DNA of 64,000 nt. Origin: Podarcis tiliguerta (taxonomy: Eukaryota). A program made the position numbers and the translations under genes. The stretch lies in NCBI GenBank assembly GCA_965153285.1, contig OZ229113.1. The stretch is one strand, 5' to 3'. The number at the start of each line of letters is the position of its first letter. The first letter of the stretch is position 1. Under the pieces are notes generated by a model, which was not told the DNA's origin, did no database searches, and worked only from the letters and a program-made list of their open reading frames with translations. Shown here piece by piece: positions 36,901-48,729 of the stretch.

Positions 36901-38962
36901 GCTTAGTATTGTTTTCTGTGTTAGCGTATGTCAATTTGTGACCTCATTCTCATTTCTTAAAAGCAAGGAAACAGCAAAAAATGTTTGTGATCATATTTAT
37001 TTGTGTGATATGAATTGGCTATCAGAATAGCAATGGAGTATAAATGATAAAAAACTAGGAGTCCGACTTCTTTTTTAAAGCAATGTATGCCTACGGTGGG
37101 ATTCACTCAGCATTTGACCCCATCTGCATGTTCAAAACTTTTCCATATACTGCAGGTCATTCCTCTTACCCATAAGCTTTATTCTAGCTGTTGAATCCCA
37201 AAACTGAATTGCATAAGGGGAAAGTGTGGCTAGTCATGGCAATGGAATAGAGGAGGCAGGAGCTCATTCTAACCCACATGCTTCCAATTTGGGCTATCAT
37301 CACAGGGAAAATAGTTTCCTGAGAATGGCTGCATATCATACTGGCAGCAACTCTTTCATATCAAAAGCCATTCTTAGTAATTATTTTAAAAGTATTTAAT
37401 ACTTTAAGTGAATTGGTTCATAAAAAGGGACTGTGAGAGCTAACCTGAAGCACTGGAAGAGACTAGTAATCAATTTCAGTTGATAAGATCTTTTTGAACA
37501 ATGCACATGTTCCAGAATGAAATTGCTTGTCATTATCCACACTCCCCTTCCACTTACATATCTGCTGGAGCAACAGAAGGAAAACAAAAGATAAAGATAA
37601 ATCAGTATAACCAGCCTACCAAGATATCTTGATGAAGCTTTTCCTTTCTTGAGGCATGGATTTTTCATCCTATAAATGGCTGACAAAGACAAGAAGTGTT
37701 CATATTATCTGAGAGTTCCTAGGCTGAATTAATCTCTGAAGTAATGTAACATAATGGCAGACGCATTACAGAGTGCTTTCATTTGATATACAAATAATAG
37801 TACTCAGATGTACCAATCACTATGGACGTTGTTAATAGTACATATTCCCTTTGTGTGGGGAAATCTGTATCATAGACAGGAGTGTCATTACAGAGGATGC
37901 TTTTCCTTCACTCCACCATTTTAAATCAAGAAACAGCCTCACAAAACTGCAGTTTCACTACACCTTATAAACACAATTCAATCTAATAGGAAGAAGAGCA
38001 AATCATGTCTTCTACTATTGGGACAATGCCATACAAACATACAATTTTCCTACCTCCCAGCTCACCTCTTCAATGCATTCATTCAAGTGAAACTGAAATA
38101 CAAAAAATTACTCTTCCAAGAAAAAGCTTTTTTATATGAATGTGTCAGTGTGAATCCACTGACATGGTTTTGTCATATTTTCCCTGTGTTCAGCCTCTGG
38201 CCGGGCTGGCTTTTTCCTGTATACATGTATATAGTGGAGGGGAAAGGAATTGAGAGAGAAGACAAAACTTGTATGACATCCCATCCCTAGTATCTATGAT
38301 GTAGCCTCAGGTCTCAGTAATAGGGTAAAATAATACAGATAGTTCATGGTCTGCAGATTTTAATAGCATTGCTCATAGGTTGGATCATCTGTAATTGCCT
38401 ACTCATTAGTAACACAAGGAAAGGACTTCTGTTAGCCTAGTTTCATTTTCAGTTATGATGGTGTAGTGACCTTCTTCATTCTCTAAAAAAATGAGGTACA
38501 GGTGTAACTTCTTGGAATATAGCTTTATACAGCGGAAAAATAAAAAACCCATTTCTGAGTCCTAATCATAGTGTGCATTACTATCCTCACACATCTTTAG
38601 AACAGTAAATTAGTGATAATGTGAAAAGACCTATCTTAAACACAAGTAACATTTTAAGGGAGCTTGGAAGTAAGGATTTTGTTTGGGATTTCAAACAAAA
38701 ATTGAATTATCCCTGCATTGCCTGCAGTCATCTCTAGATAAAACAATCTTAAATAATTTTATTTCTCCAAATAAATATACTTCTTAAGAAGCCAGATTGC
38801 TACCCAATTCCATTTCTCCTCAATTTATAACCCACTCAGAAACATTTTGGGGCACTTGGGAAATTATCCAGGACCTATTCTAGCAACACCCCTGGGATGA
38901 TTTATGCAAAAAGCTGACCAGCTTCTTCACTGGCAGATGTCTTCACAGAAATATACAAGGGA

Positions 38963-38964
<2 letters not shown>

Positions 38965-38994
<30 letters not shown>
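38965..38994 (+). repeat. (TGAT)n microsatellite
   Basis: Read directly from the sequence. Confidence 0.9.
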
Positions 38995-38996
<2 letters not shown>

Positions 38997-40910
38997 GTGG
39001 GGCCACAAACATGATTTGAAGTTCCAAGGGTGTCTTTGTGGGGAAAATGTAAGACATGGCTGTATAAAATTAACAGTTCCTGAAATCCATTGATTGATGT
39101 AATAAAAGTAAGGTTATAATGAATAAGTCTTAATCAATTTATGGCCTTATTGAGGCCAGCTTAACTGAAGGAATTAAAATCCTGCCATTTGCCAGAAAAT
39201 GCCTTAGTCAACAAGAATGCAACCACAGTAAAACTATTAAAAATGGATGGTGTAGTGCCACAACCCTGATAAGTAAATGTTAAATGGTGCGGGAAGCAGG
39301 GAATGCCACAGAGTAGAATGAATTGCAGACCCTTGGAAGAAATGCAAAATGGAATGTGAAATTGCATGTGTGTCCTAAAACTTCCCTGGGTGAGTAGGGA
39401 CTGCAGAGGATCTGGCATCTTATCCCCAGGGCAGTCAGCCCCATTCACTTGTTGCTGTGGCTCTGATCCTGACTTGAAAGTTGAAGAGGGCTCGTAAGTC
39501 AAGTGATTAACATCTACAGCCCCTCAACTTTAGTGTTTCTTGTGTGCTTTCTCCAGGTTGCCAATTTCCATTAATCAAGGCATAGCCATGACTTACAAAT
39601 ACTTTTTGTATTTGTACCTGCACTGCTCTCACATGTGCCTGCACACTCCTTAGTGTCTTAAGCTTAATAAATAAAAGAGGGTATGGTTTAAGGAGGGAGA
39701 ACTTTAGCCATGCACTAGGTTGTACATACTGTGCTGAGTGCCAAGTTCAAGTCTCAGTTATCCGATTCTATTTAATTTTGAGCATTCATTTGCTTGAGGA
39801 AATAAGAAATGTCTCTGAATTTAGGTATGATTGCTTTGGGATATAAAGTATGGATAAGTATACCCAAGTCTCACTTCTTCAGTGTCTAAAAAACAGAATA
39901 AGCACTTGAATTCTTGTAAGCTTATAAATAGAAGTAGATTGTTCAGTATAAGCTATAAACACTTACTTATGCTTTTCCCTTGAAAGCTAAACACATAACC
40001 TTTTAAAAAAATTAACAGGCTACAAAGCTGAGAACACTTAAGTATTGTGATGTGATTTAAGGCTGTGCATGAAAGGTCTGCATGGCATGAGTACTAAATT
40101 GTTATTAAAATTCTCTTTCATTGAAAGGGGTCATAGATTAGATTTTACACGTTTCAGTTTCATGTGCTCCAAATGTTGTGCTTCTCAACATTCAGGAACA
40201 GTACATGTGATGGTAGATGACTACTGTATCAGTTTCTAGCAACAGGCCTCGACACATCCAGCAAGAAAAAGCAACAACCCTGTTTCTCTCCATCATACTG
40301 AGAGAAAGTAAGCCTCAAAACTTTAGTCTGTTAACCTCATAATGGTGTGTACAGAAACCGTCTAGCACACATGGGACATCTTTATCTCTGATAAGAGTTG
40401 CCTGGACAGGGGCAGGAAACCTTTTTATTCTCTCATGGGTAATCTGTCAGATGCTGCATACCAATGGGCAACGGGGCCAATGCAATGGGGCAGAATGCAA
40501 AAGGGGTGAAATCAGAGCCAAAGGTTGCTGCCCTTTCTTCTTCTGCTACTTCTTCACCATTTTCTGTCTTTGCCACCTGTGCCCTAATGGGACTACTGTA
40601 GACGAAGGGTATTGCTGCTTCTCAACATCAGAAATTCACTTTATATCACCCTCTTCAGATGTGTATTTGCAACTACTGCTTTCAAAAGCATTCACTATGC
40701 TTTTATATTCAGAACCTTGCTTTGCTTTTTGTACTATGGATGCTTAATTTGGCCATTAATCTTTGGTGTCAATATTTCTCTGAAAACTGAAATATACTAT
40801 AGTTACTGAATTTTCCTTTTTTTTAAATCATGGGAGTAATTTTTATAAGAGGTTGTTTAAGCATGACCTCTTCTGCCTGAATCTATGAGTCTGTCATCAA
40901 TCAAACCACA

Positions 40911-40912
<2 letters not shown>

Positions 40913-40945
<33 letters not shown>
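40913..40945 (+). repeat. (TG)16 microsatellite
   Basis: Read directly from the sequence. Confidence 0.95.
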
Positions 40946-40947
<2 letters not shown>

Positions 40948-41607
40948 TCAACATATATCTAAATCTAATTTCAAAAATGATCCTTCATACAGGTATTTAT
41001 GATTACTCATCTGACATTTCAGTAGCTCTCCCTAAAGGGGCAAATCAACATGAACCAGTGGCACATATTAGTAAAGTTAAATTGCTTCTGAAGCTGCTAC
41101 TCTACATAACAAGATATTACTGTACAATAGTTTGCCACCTGAACCCACTGACCTCCTTTTTTTTTTTTTAAGTGTGGGAGCAAAAATATCAGGAAGGAGC
41201 AAACAAGACCATTATCTCTATGCTTGGCTCCATAAGATTTGACCTTTGACCTTTTATATTGCTCTACACTCTGATGTAAGACATAGGAGAAAAATGTAAC
41301 AAATTGGGAATGATTTCTTTTAAATAATTTATCATTAAAATGCAGTACCATTACACAAAAATAATGCCATCCAAACTTATAAAATTGTTATTTTTTTAGT
41401 ATTGTTGCTTCTTGCTTCTTACCCGCATGAGAACATACCTGAGATGAGCAAATATATTTTTATGGCGTAAACATCAGAAGGTTATGCAAAATATTTGTAT
41501 AAGACTATTTTAAAATTACATTTCCACTACATCAAATATAAGGCTGGAGACCTGGGGGAAATTTTAGAAGTTAGTAGGAATTTGAGCAGTTAATTGATGG
41601 GTTGAAA

Positions 41608-41870
41608 CGTTACAGTGCCTGCTGTGGCTGTAGAGACCAATATAGGAGATAGATGTTTTATTGCAGCTGGGACAGATGAAGGCATTTAGTTGTGCTACTG
41701 CAGTTGCACAATGGTGTTTCTTCTCTCTGCACTCCTTCCAGCAGTCATTCCTCCTCTGGTCACTCTGGATGCATGACCTGACTGTCTGCAGACACTGCAG
41801 TCATCTGCAAGTGATTGGATGTTAGCATCACATTCTCCCATACCTTTTTGGAGAGTTGAGACACTGCTAT
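41608..41870 (-). mobile_element. RTE-clade LINE 3' fragment with internal deletion
   Basis: Minus strand reads AVSQLSKKVWENVMLT, then SLADDCSVCRQ, then the zinc finger AFICPSCNKTSISYIGLYSHSRHC. Confidence 0.75.
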
Positions 41871-42059
41871 AGCTGTGTTGCTGATATGTTTGTCCAGCTC
41901 AGTATCAGTAGAGAGGTCACTGTTTGTTGTGGAACCCAGGTAGACAAAATTGTCTAAAACCTCAAGTGTGTGGTCATCAATTCCTCAAAACAAACCTATT
42001 GGACTTACAAAGAATATCCAAGGTCAGAGAACTTTGTGCTGAAGCCAGACATTCAAAAG

Positions 42060-42188
42060 AAGGGATAAGGAACCTTTGGTTTTCCAGATGTTGTTGGACC
42101 GCAACTCCCAACAGTCCTAGCCAGCATGGTCAGGGTGATCAGAGATGTAGTCAAAAACATTGAGAGTGCTAGTTTTAGGAAGGCTGGG
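42060..42188. mobile_element. Degenerate hAT-type MITE of the same core family
   Basis: GGAACCTTTGG...TCCAGATGTTGTTGGACCGCAACTCCCA...TGTAGTCAAAAACAT. Confidence 0.55.
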
Positions 42189-43419
42189 TTATCCGGACTT
42201 CTACTTTGGTTTCCTTATATTTGGGCTGTTAATTCTGTTCTGCTTGGCAAACATCCATATCAGGCATGGATAATACTTGTGGTTTCTCCTAGTCCAAGAG
42301 TAGATTTCTCTAGGTCCAACTGTAGCTTGCGTTTTTACATTTTTTTGTATAGGAGGGAGAGAAATCAATTACTTGTCATTCCTGTTCTCATGCTTCTTGT
42401 CACATTATAATATATAATTAATAAGAACTAACCTGCCTCCTGTTTGGTGTGCTGTGTATCATATGAAGTTCTATATGCATCAGTTTCCTACTTTTGGATA
42501 TTACATAAAAATAATGCAACATTTGATTTTTCCCTACTCCCTACCCAAAGCTATCCTTTCGGTGAACCAGTCAGACTAGTTTAGGAAAGAATGTGAGCCT
42601 CCAAAATAGTCATTTTTCATGAATTTTTCATTTCTTCATGAAGTGGGAATTACTGAATAAGTCAAAAAGTAGTTTTCTCCCTGCTGTTTTATGTTTCATT
42701 ATGACATTGCAATGCTTCCTTTTCCTATCTTGAAATACTCTAGCTGTGAAATCTAAAGTAAAATTAGCGTGCCTGAAATTGTGCTTGTCTGTTAAAGAGA
42801 GTGTCTCTTGTGTGATTCACAAGATAACTTTGCAGGAATCCCAGACAGAAAAACAACACTCATTGGTGCTTTGCTAGAATGCGTTTTGAAGTACACACTT
42901 AATCAATAAAAAAAATTGGAATTGTTATTTTAAACATACTATGAATGTGTAAATCTTTTAATAAGTTCATTACTAGTATAGATTCGGTATGAAGTATTGA
43001 AGCAAATAACCAAGACTGAATTCTTTCCAGCCTTTTAACGGTAATGATTGGCTGTAGATAACCTGACTCTATCCTGCGTTTGCTAAAATTATTGGGCTGA
43101 ATCCAGGCATGCTCTTCCATAAATGGTAAGAGCTTCTTCCATTTGTGGAACAGACTTCTATCCAGTGGAGAACCTCATGATTTGATGGCTAAATAACGAG
43201 AAAGATGCAGAGGCTGAACTGAACTAGGATACAAGGCTGAAACACAACTATTCCCCTTCCTGTGCATCCATGAAAAGTGTATGAATTAAAGACCAGATTG
43301 ACATAGTTAACAACACAGCAGACCTTCCAGTGACACCACCCATCTATTCAGTACAGAGTAGATGGAGAAAACCCCCAAACAAGGTAGATTACCCAAAAAT
43401 GCCTGCTTGTCCCCTAAGC

Positions 43420-43917
43420 CAGAGGTTTTCAACTTTTTTAGGACCACGGCTCCCTTGACCAACTACATTCTTTCTGCGGCACCCCTGGAGGACTCAGGAA
43501 CCCAGCTCTGTCACCCCTTGCCTGCAGAGCTAGCAGCCTCTCACCCCTTTTTGAACACGGTCCCTTGTGGAGTGTTCCCTCAGCCTCCTCTCCTGTCCCC
43601 TCTCCTTGGAAGTCATCTGGGTCGCCACAGCTGCTGCCCCTGGTCTCTGAGCTGCCCCCATGCCCCAAAGAGAGGTGCCTCATCACACTGCCCCACAGGG
43701 GCCTGGGAAGCACCCCCTGGCCAGATCCAGAGGCACCATTCACCAAGCTAATGCAACAAATAGCTGTGCAAGCCTTTGGGAGGCAGAGCCGCAAGAGGGT
43801 ATCAGAGGAAGGGAGAGAAGGAAGGAAAGAGGAACAGAGGCCATTGTTGCCTGTGGAACCCCTGATCATCATTCAAGGCACCCCAGGGTGCCACAGCACA
43901 CTGGTTGAAAACCACTG
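43420..43917. mobile_element. Non-autonomous hAT (Charlie/Buster-type) transposon, 498 bp
   Basis: TIR CAGAGGTTTTCAAC / GTTGAAAACCACTG (13/14 match); 8-bp TSD ccctaagc/ctctaagc; repeated subterminal GGCACCCC motifs. Confidence 0.85.
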
Positions 43918-46900
43918 CTCTAAGCAACCAGCAAGTCACACTGAGACAGGGAGGAAGAGCAGGTACTGGGGAGAAGCGGGCAGGGGAAGGCTGACTAGCC
44001 ATTAAATAGGGCTTTGACATCGCTCTGCATCCTCACACATGCATTGTGTGGCACAGAAGGCTGGGTGATTAGGGGAGTGTGCCTAATCAGTTGGCAGGCT
44101 CCAGATGTGCCCTGCTGGCTAGCACCAGGGTTGAGCGGGTCGTGATGGAGGAGGAAGGGAAGATATGTTTTGCCAGTTCCTCTTTACCGCTAGCCCACAA
44201 ACTCTCCTCCCAGAGGGACCCCCAACTTTGGAGCAGCTTTTCAGGGGACACAGGAGGGGGTAGGAAAGTGCGAAACCCATGCATAGCAAGTCTGGCTCCA
44301 CTCTATTGTATTATATATGGCCATCCCCCCACCAACTCAAATAACTGTCATCAGACAGCTGCCATTATAACAAAGTGTAGCAGAGTGAACAGAAGCAGGA
44401 CCACTCTATCAGCTCAGCTAAAAGTCAGCAACATTTATTTATTTGTTTATAAGAATATTTATAAAGTGCCCACTCATATAACATAACAAGGAGGTATATA
44501 GCAACATGTACAAATACAGCAAAACATAATATATGTTTTTAAAAAATCAAAATAATCATAAACATGACTTGCATATTTTGAAGGGGGAGAATGTAGGCAA
44601 ATATATAGACCTGTCAACATAAAATGGTATTTAACACACATCTGAAATTAGCAGCAGAATGCCTCTGACTCATCTCTATGGATCTTCCTGAAATGCTTTC
44701 CAAAACTGTTCTTTGCTGCAAGCACTTTGTGACCAAAGATTAGCTTTCCAGGTTGCCTTTTTCCTTCTATGTCGTAGTGCCTATTCCTTTTGTGTTACGA
44801 CTTTTAGATTTTAACTGTAAGAAAAGGAAATGTCTTATTATTGACATTTTTAAAGCCTCTGGGGGCCTTTTTGGTGTTCAAATAAATAAATGAAACTGAA
44901 ATCTTTATATCCAGTGTAACAGTATAACTCTATTTTGATGAAATTGGTTAAATTTGAATTGGTTAAATATTGGTTACATAAGACAATTGTTGTTGAACTT
45001 AATGAGACCTCACCAGTGCATGCCCATAAATAAGGTAAATTGTGCTGTTGAATTAAGTTGTAGTACTTAGAATGAAATGTCCATTAGGTTAAAATGCTGT
45101 ATATTTCTATACTGATTATGGTTTAGATTGTAATCAAGCATTGTTTCTTATTCAGATTTATTAATATTCCTTAAAATACACCAAATGCCTTTAATTGGAA
45201 ATAAAATCAGAAAATATAAGGGAGAGCACTGAATGTTTAGTGCAAATATAATAAGTCATTACCTAGGAAATTAAATTTATTGCATCAATTGAATTGAATT
45301 AGTAAAGTTTCCAGTCTTGCAGGCTCCATACATTAGCTTTTGAAGGCATTTTTGACATTTTTTACTCCATGCAAAGATGAATGTTTATTTCTGTGTCCAT
45401 CAACCACTAAGTGCTACACAACTGCTACAACAGAAGACCTTCTACCACAAGCTTGCAGTTAATTGGATTTTGCTTCAGAAAATAAGCTTCAGTTTCCAAT
45501 CAGTACTGAATGATGATTGTAGGCAAATGCGTTCCAGCTTTTTCTCACCTTCCACGATCCATTGCTGTATACTCCCCGCAATTATACCTTATTGCATTGA
45601 TGATCTGTCAGTCTCACAGTTTAACATTAATTTCCTAGTCTGCTTCTGCCTTCTCAGATTTCCCCCCTTCTCAATTTATTGTCAGCTACCCATAAATGTC
45701 CTGCTAATCTGAGTGCAAAACTAACCACACCAAGAAAAATCTTTACTATGCAGTCCTGTGCTCAGGAACAAGTTCTACTGAGTACAGCAGAGCTTGTTCC
45801 CATGTAAGCAGGTATAGAATTGCAGCCTTCTTTCATTCTCAAATTCTAGCAATGTGATACGGTTTAAAGTACAGCTATTTCTTTAGCTTCATCAAAAGTT
45901 TGCTAAGACAGCATTAGGTGGTCTACCAGAAAAGAACAAATATATTTACAGGCATAAGTAACTGCACTAGGAAAATAGCTGAAAATTGTCTAATTTCTCA
46001 CTTTGCCTAAAAGAAAGAAAAGATTTCTGTGTAACTGAAATTGCATATTTTTCAGACAATGGGTCCAACAAAAGCATTCCTCTGCCTACTTTGAATGGAA
46101 GCTGTTATTTATCTCAGTACACTTAAGAGTCATAATATTGTAGTGCTTTTCCCAGTAATGACTTCGAAAGAAAAGTTTGCAAAGGCAATCTCATACTCTA
46201 TTTATTCATGTAAAAGGCATTACAGTGAAGACATGAGAAGATTACATTTCTGTAGCTTCAGTCCCCATGGGATTTGGTGGCACATTAGCTGTTCTCCATC
46301 ATCAAATACTTCAGTGAGCAGAATGAAATCAGGTGTCACTCTGATGTGATTTGGCATTTTCATAAAGGATTTGTTTGTTTTCCTTTCTAAATTGGATTGT
46401 GTCACTTTATAGGTTAAACCAGAGTGGTAATAATAACTTCTCACTACACAGCAGATATGAGAAAATTGTGTTTTGTTTCTTTTTCTTTCTTTCTTTTAAA
46501 AAACCTCTCTTTTCACTAGAGCCCAATTGTTTATTTGTTCCTAGGACCTACTGGGTTTCACATTATTGTGTGATACCTGCATACATCCTTCAGCTAACAG
46601 ATGATTGATTCACTATGTTTGGGGAAAGGTGGGGAGACGGGCCTTCATTTTGGAGGAATCCATGAAGTTTATTCAGAAAGAAGTCTCCTTTGCTAGATTA
46701 ACTCTTTCTTTGTAAAAAATAATTATAGGTGGGAAAACCCACACTTTTTATTAAGATTATATTACAATTAGTCTTGCTTCAGTATATGATCGATTTACTT
46801 CTTTGTTATTTGGTGGTTTTATAGCTGCCCTTCACCCCAAAGCTTTCGAACTATTCTAATGGGGGGAAAGAGCAAAAGGAAGGAGTGTCAGTGACAGACT

Positions 46901-47045
46901 GGAAGATGTTTTGGATCTAGTAAATGCAAAGTCTGGCCATTCCCCTTAACACTCCTATCCCCATCCCCCACTACAGCCCTGTGGACAGGGGGAAAGTATG
47001 CTCTGAGGCTAGTATAATTTTTCTTTCAGCCATTCCATCACCTTC

Positions 47046-47175
47046 TGGATAGCTAAGTTGGTTAGAGCATGGTGATGATAACACCACGGTTGCAGCTTTG
47101 ATCCCCATATGGGACAGCTGCAGTTGGAGTAGATGAGCCTTGTGGTCCTTTACAACTCTGCAGTACTATGATTCT
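47046..47175 (+). mobile_element. tRNA-Ile-derived SINE with CR1-type tail
   Basis: TAGCTAAGTTGGTTAGAGCATGGTGATGATAACACCACGGTTGCAGCTTTGATCCCC resembles tRNA-Ile(AAT); tail GGTCCTTTACAACTCT...CTATGATTCT. Confidence 0.7.
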
Positions 47176-47584
47176 TCCCTGTTCTGGTCTATGCAAGACT
47201 GTCTGCATTTGGGATTTGGCAGCTTTACTGCCACAGATTTTCCCCTTCCCACCCTCCTGTATTGTTCTGCCTATATCCTAACCAGATATCCATATCCATA
47301 CCTGATCCCATTGTTATGTTATACAAACACTATACCTTTTATTGGAGCCCTCATTCTCAAATTCATTTCTCTCCAACTCCTCCTACTTCTCTCTCTCTCT
47401 CTTTCTCTCTAAACCTCTTCTAATTGTCACCTGTTGCTATCTCTAACTCCATGTGGGGTATAAACAACAAATTATTATTATTATTATTCCACCACACTCT
47501 GCCATTGCCAACCATTCTTTTGTTACACAGCTTCTTAGAGTGATTTTCATTACTGTTCTTGAAATAAAGGAGATGCTATAAAAT

Positions 47585-47588
<4 letters not shown>

Positions 47589-47621
<33 letters not shown>
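47589..47621 (+). repeat. (AC)16 microsatellite
   Basis: Read directly from the sequence. Confidence 0.95.
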
Positions 47622-47622
<1 letters not shown>

Positions 47623-48596
47623 TTTGGTAATGTGAAGCAGTTGAAATGTATGAGTATTTCTTACCTCATTCACAACTTTCACCATAACCAATTGATCAAA
47701 ACATTCACATCCATGTTTTCTCACATCACTTTTAACATGAATAGCAGTCTCTTTTGTATGGATCTGATAAATCATGGTAGACGTGAATTTCAGAAATTTT
47801 GAGTGTGATATAATTTATACATTTTTTTAAAAAAATCATTTTATACTGTTGCTTTTATTGTAGCATGCTCTGCTACAAAATATTTTTTTTTCAGAGGCTT
47901 TACTTTTCTTGTCAGAATTGACTAAAGATGCTTACCAATTTACATTTAAATCACATATTGATAAATCCCCTTGAAGAGCAAGTTTGATGTTTGTGACTAT
48001 CTGCTATCATTTATAACGCAGCACAATTATTAGACACTAAGTTTCACTGCATGCAAAATGGAAACAAGCTGATCAGCATGACAAAAACAATACAGCTATT
48101 CAGATATGCTTGTGTCATAACGAGGGCTGGCTGCACTATGTACCAAAGGAATCCAAATTTATTCCAAGGAAGCTCAAAGTATTGTGTTTTAGAATGAATT
48201 ATGTATATCAAGTACATTTGCATGGTGTTACTCACTTTGCAAATATATTCTTTCTCCATTACAAGTTCAGAAATTTAGAACAGCTGAGCTTCATATTTGT
48301 ATGTGTTCAAGGATTAGAATGACAGAAGATAAAAAGAGCAGGGGAAATGGATGGCAGGGCATTTGGAGATAAGGTTACATAAAAGGGTTGTAGAAGCAGG
48401 GCTGCAAGGAATAGTAATTGTTAGGAAGGTACATGGAGCTGTGCGTGACTATTAGTCTCTCTCCAGTCCATAATCAATGGTTCTGAGCCTTCCGATAGCA
48501 CGTCAATACATTCTCACAGCATTGTTTGTGACGTTGGGGAAATCTGTGTTCTGGGATATAATGTATGAAAATGGGAGGTTACAAAAATGTTAGTCA

Positions 48597-48729
48597 TCAT
48601 CATCATCAAACCTTTTATTGGCATCACGTACAAACATCCAAAACAAATCAATACAGAATTACCACTTCCCCAGTGGCACAAAACATTTGCTAAAAGAAAG
48701 GAGGCAGAGCAGTCTATCGTCACAGGGAA
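48597..48729 (-). mobile_element. 5'-truncated non-LTR retrotransposon 3' end (possibly RTE-X-like) with (TGA)n tail and 14-bp TSD
   Basis: TSD AAAAATGTTAGTCA at 48583-48596 and 48730-48743; minus strand ends GATGCCAATAAAAGGTT(TGA)n. Confidence 0.75.

Noticed and set aside
43362-44020. Several 70-146 aa ORFs
   Set aside because: They lie within or overlap a GC-rich non-autonomous hAT element and show no transposase motifs
47046-47115. Functional tRNA genes (also at 29489 and 3517)
   Set aside because: Decayed stems and boxes with attached LINE-type tails show these are SINE heads
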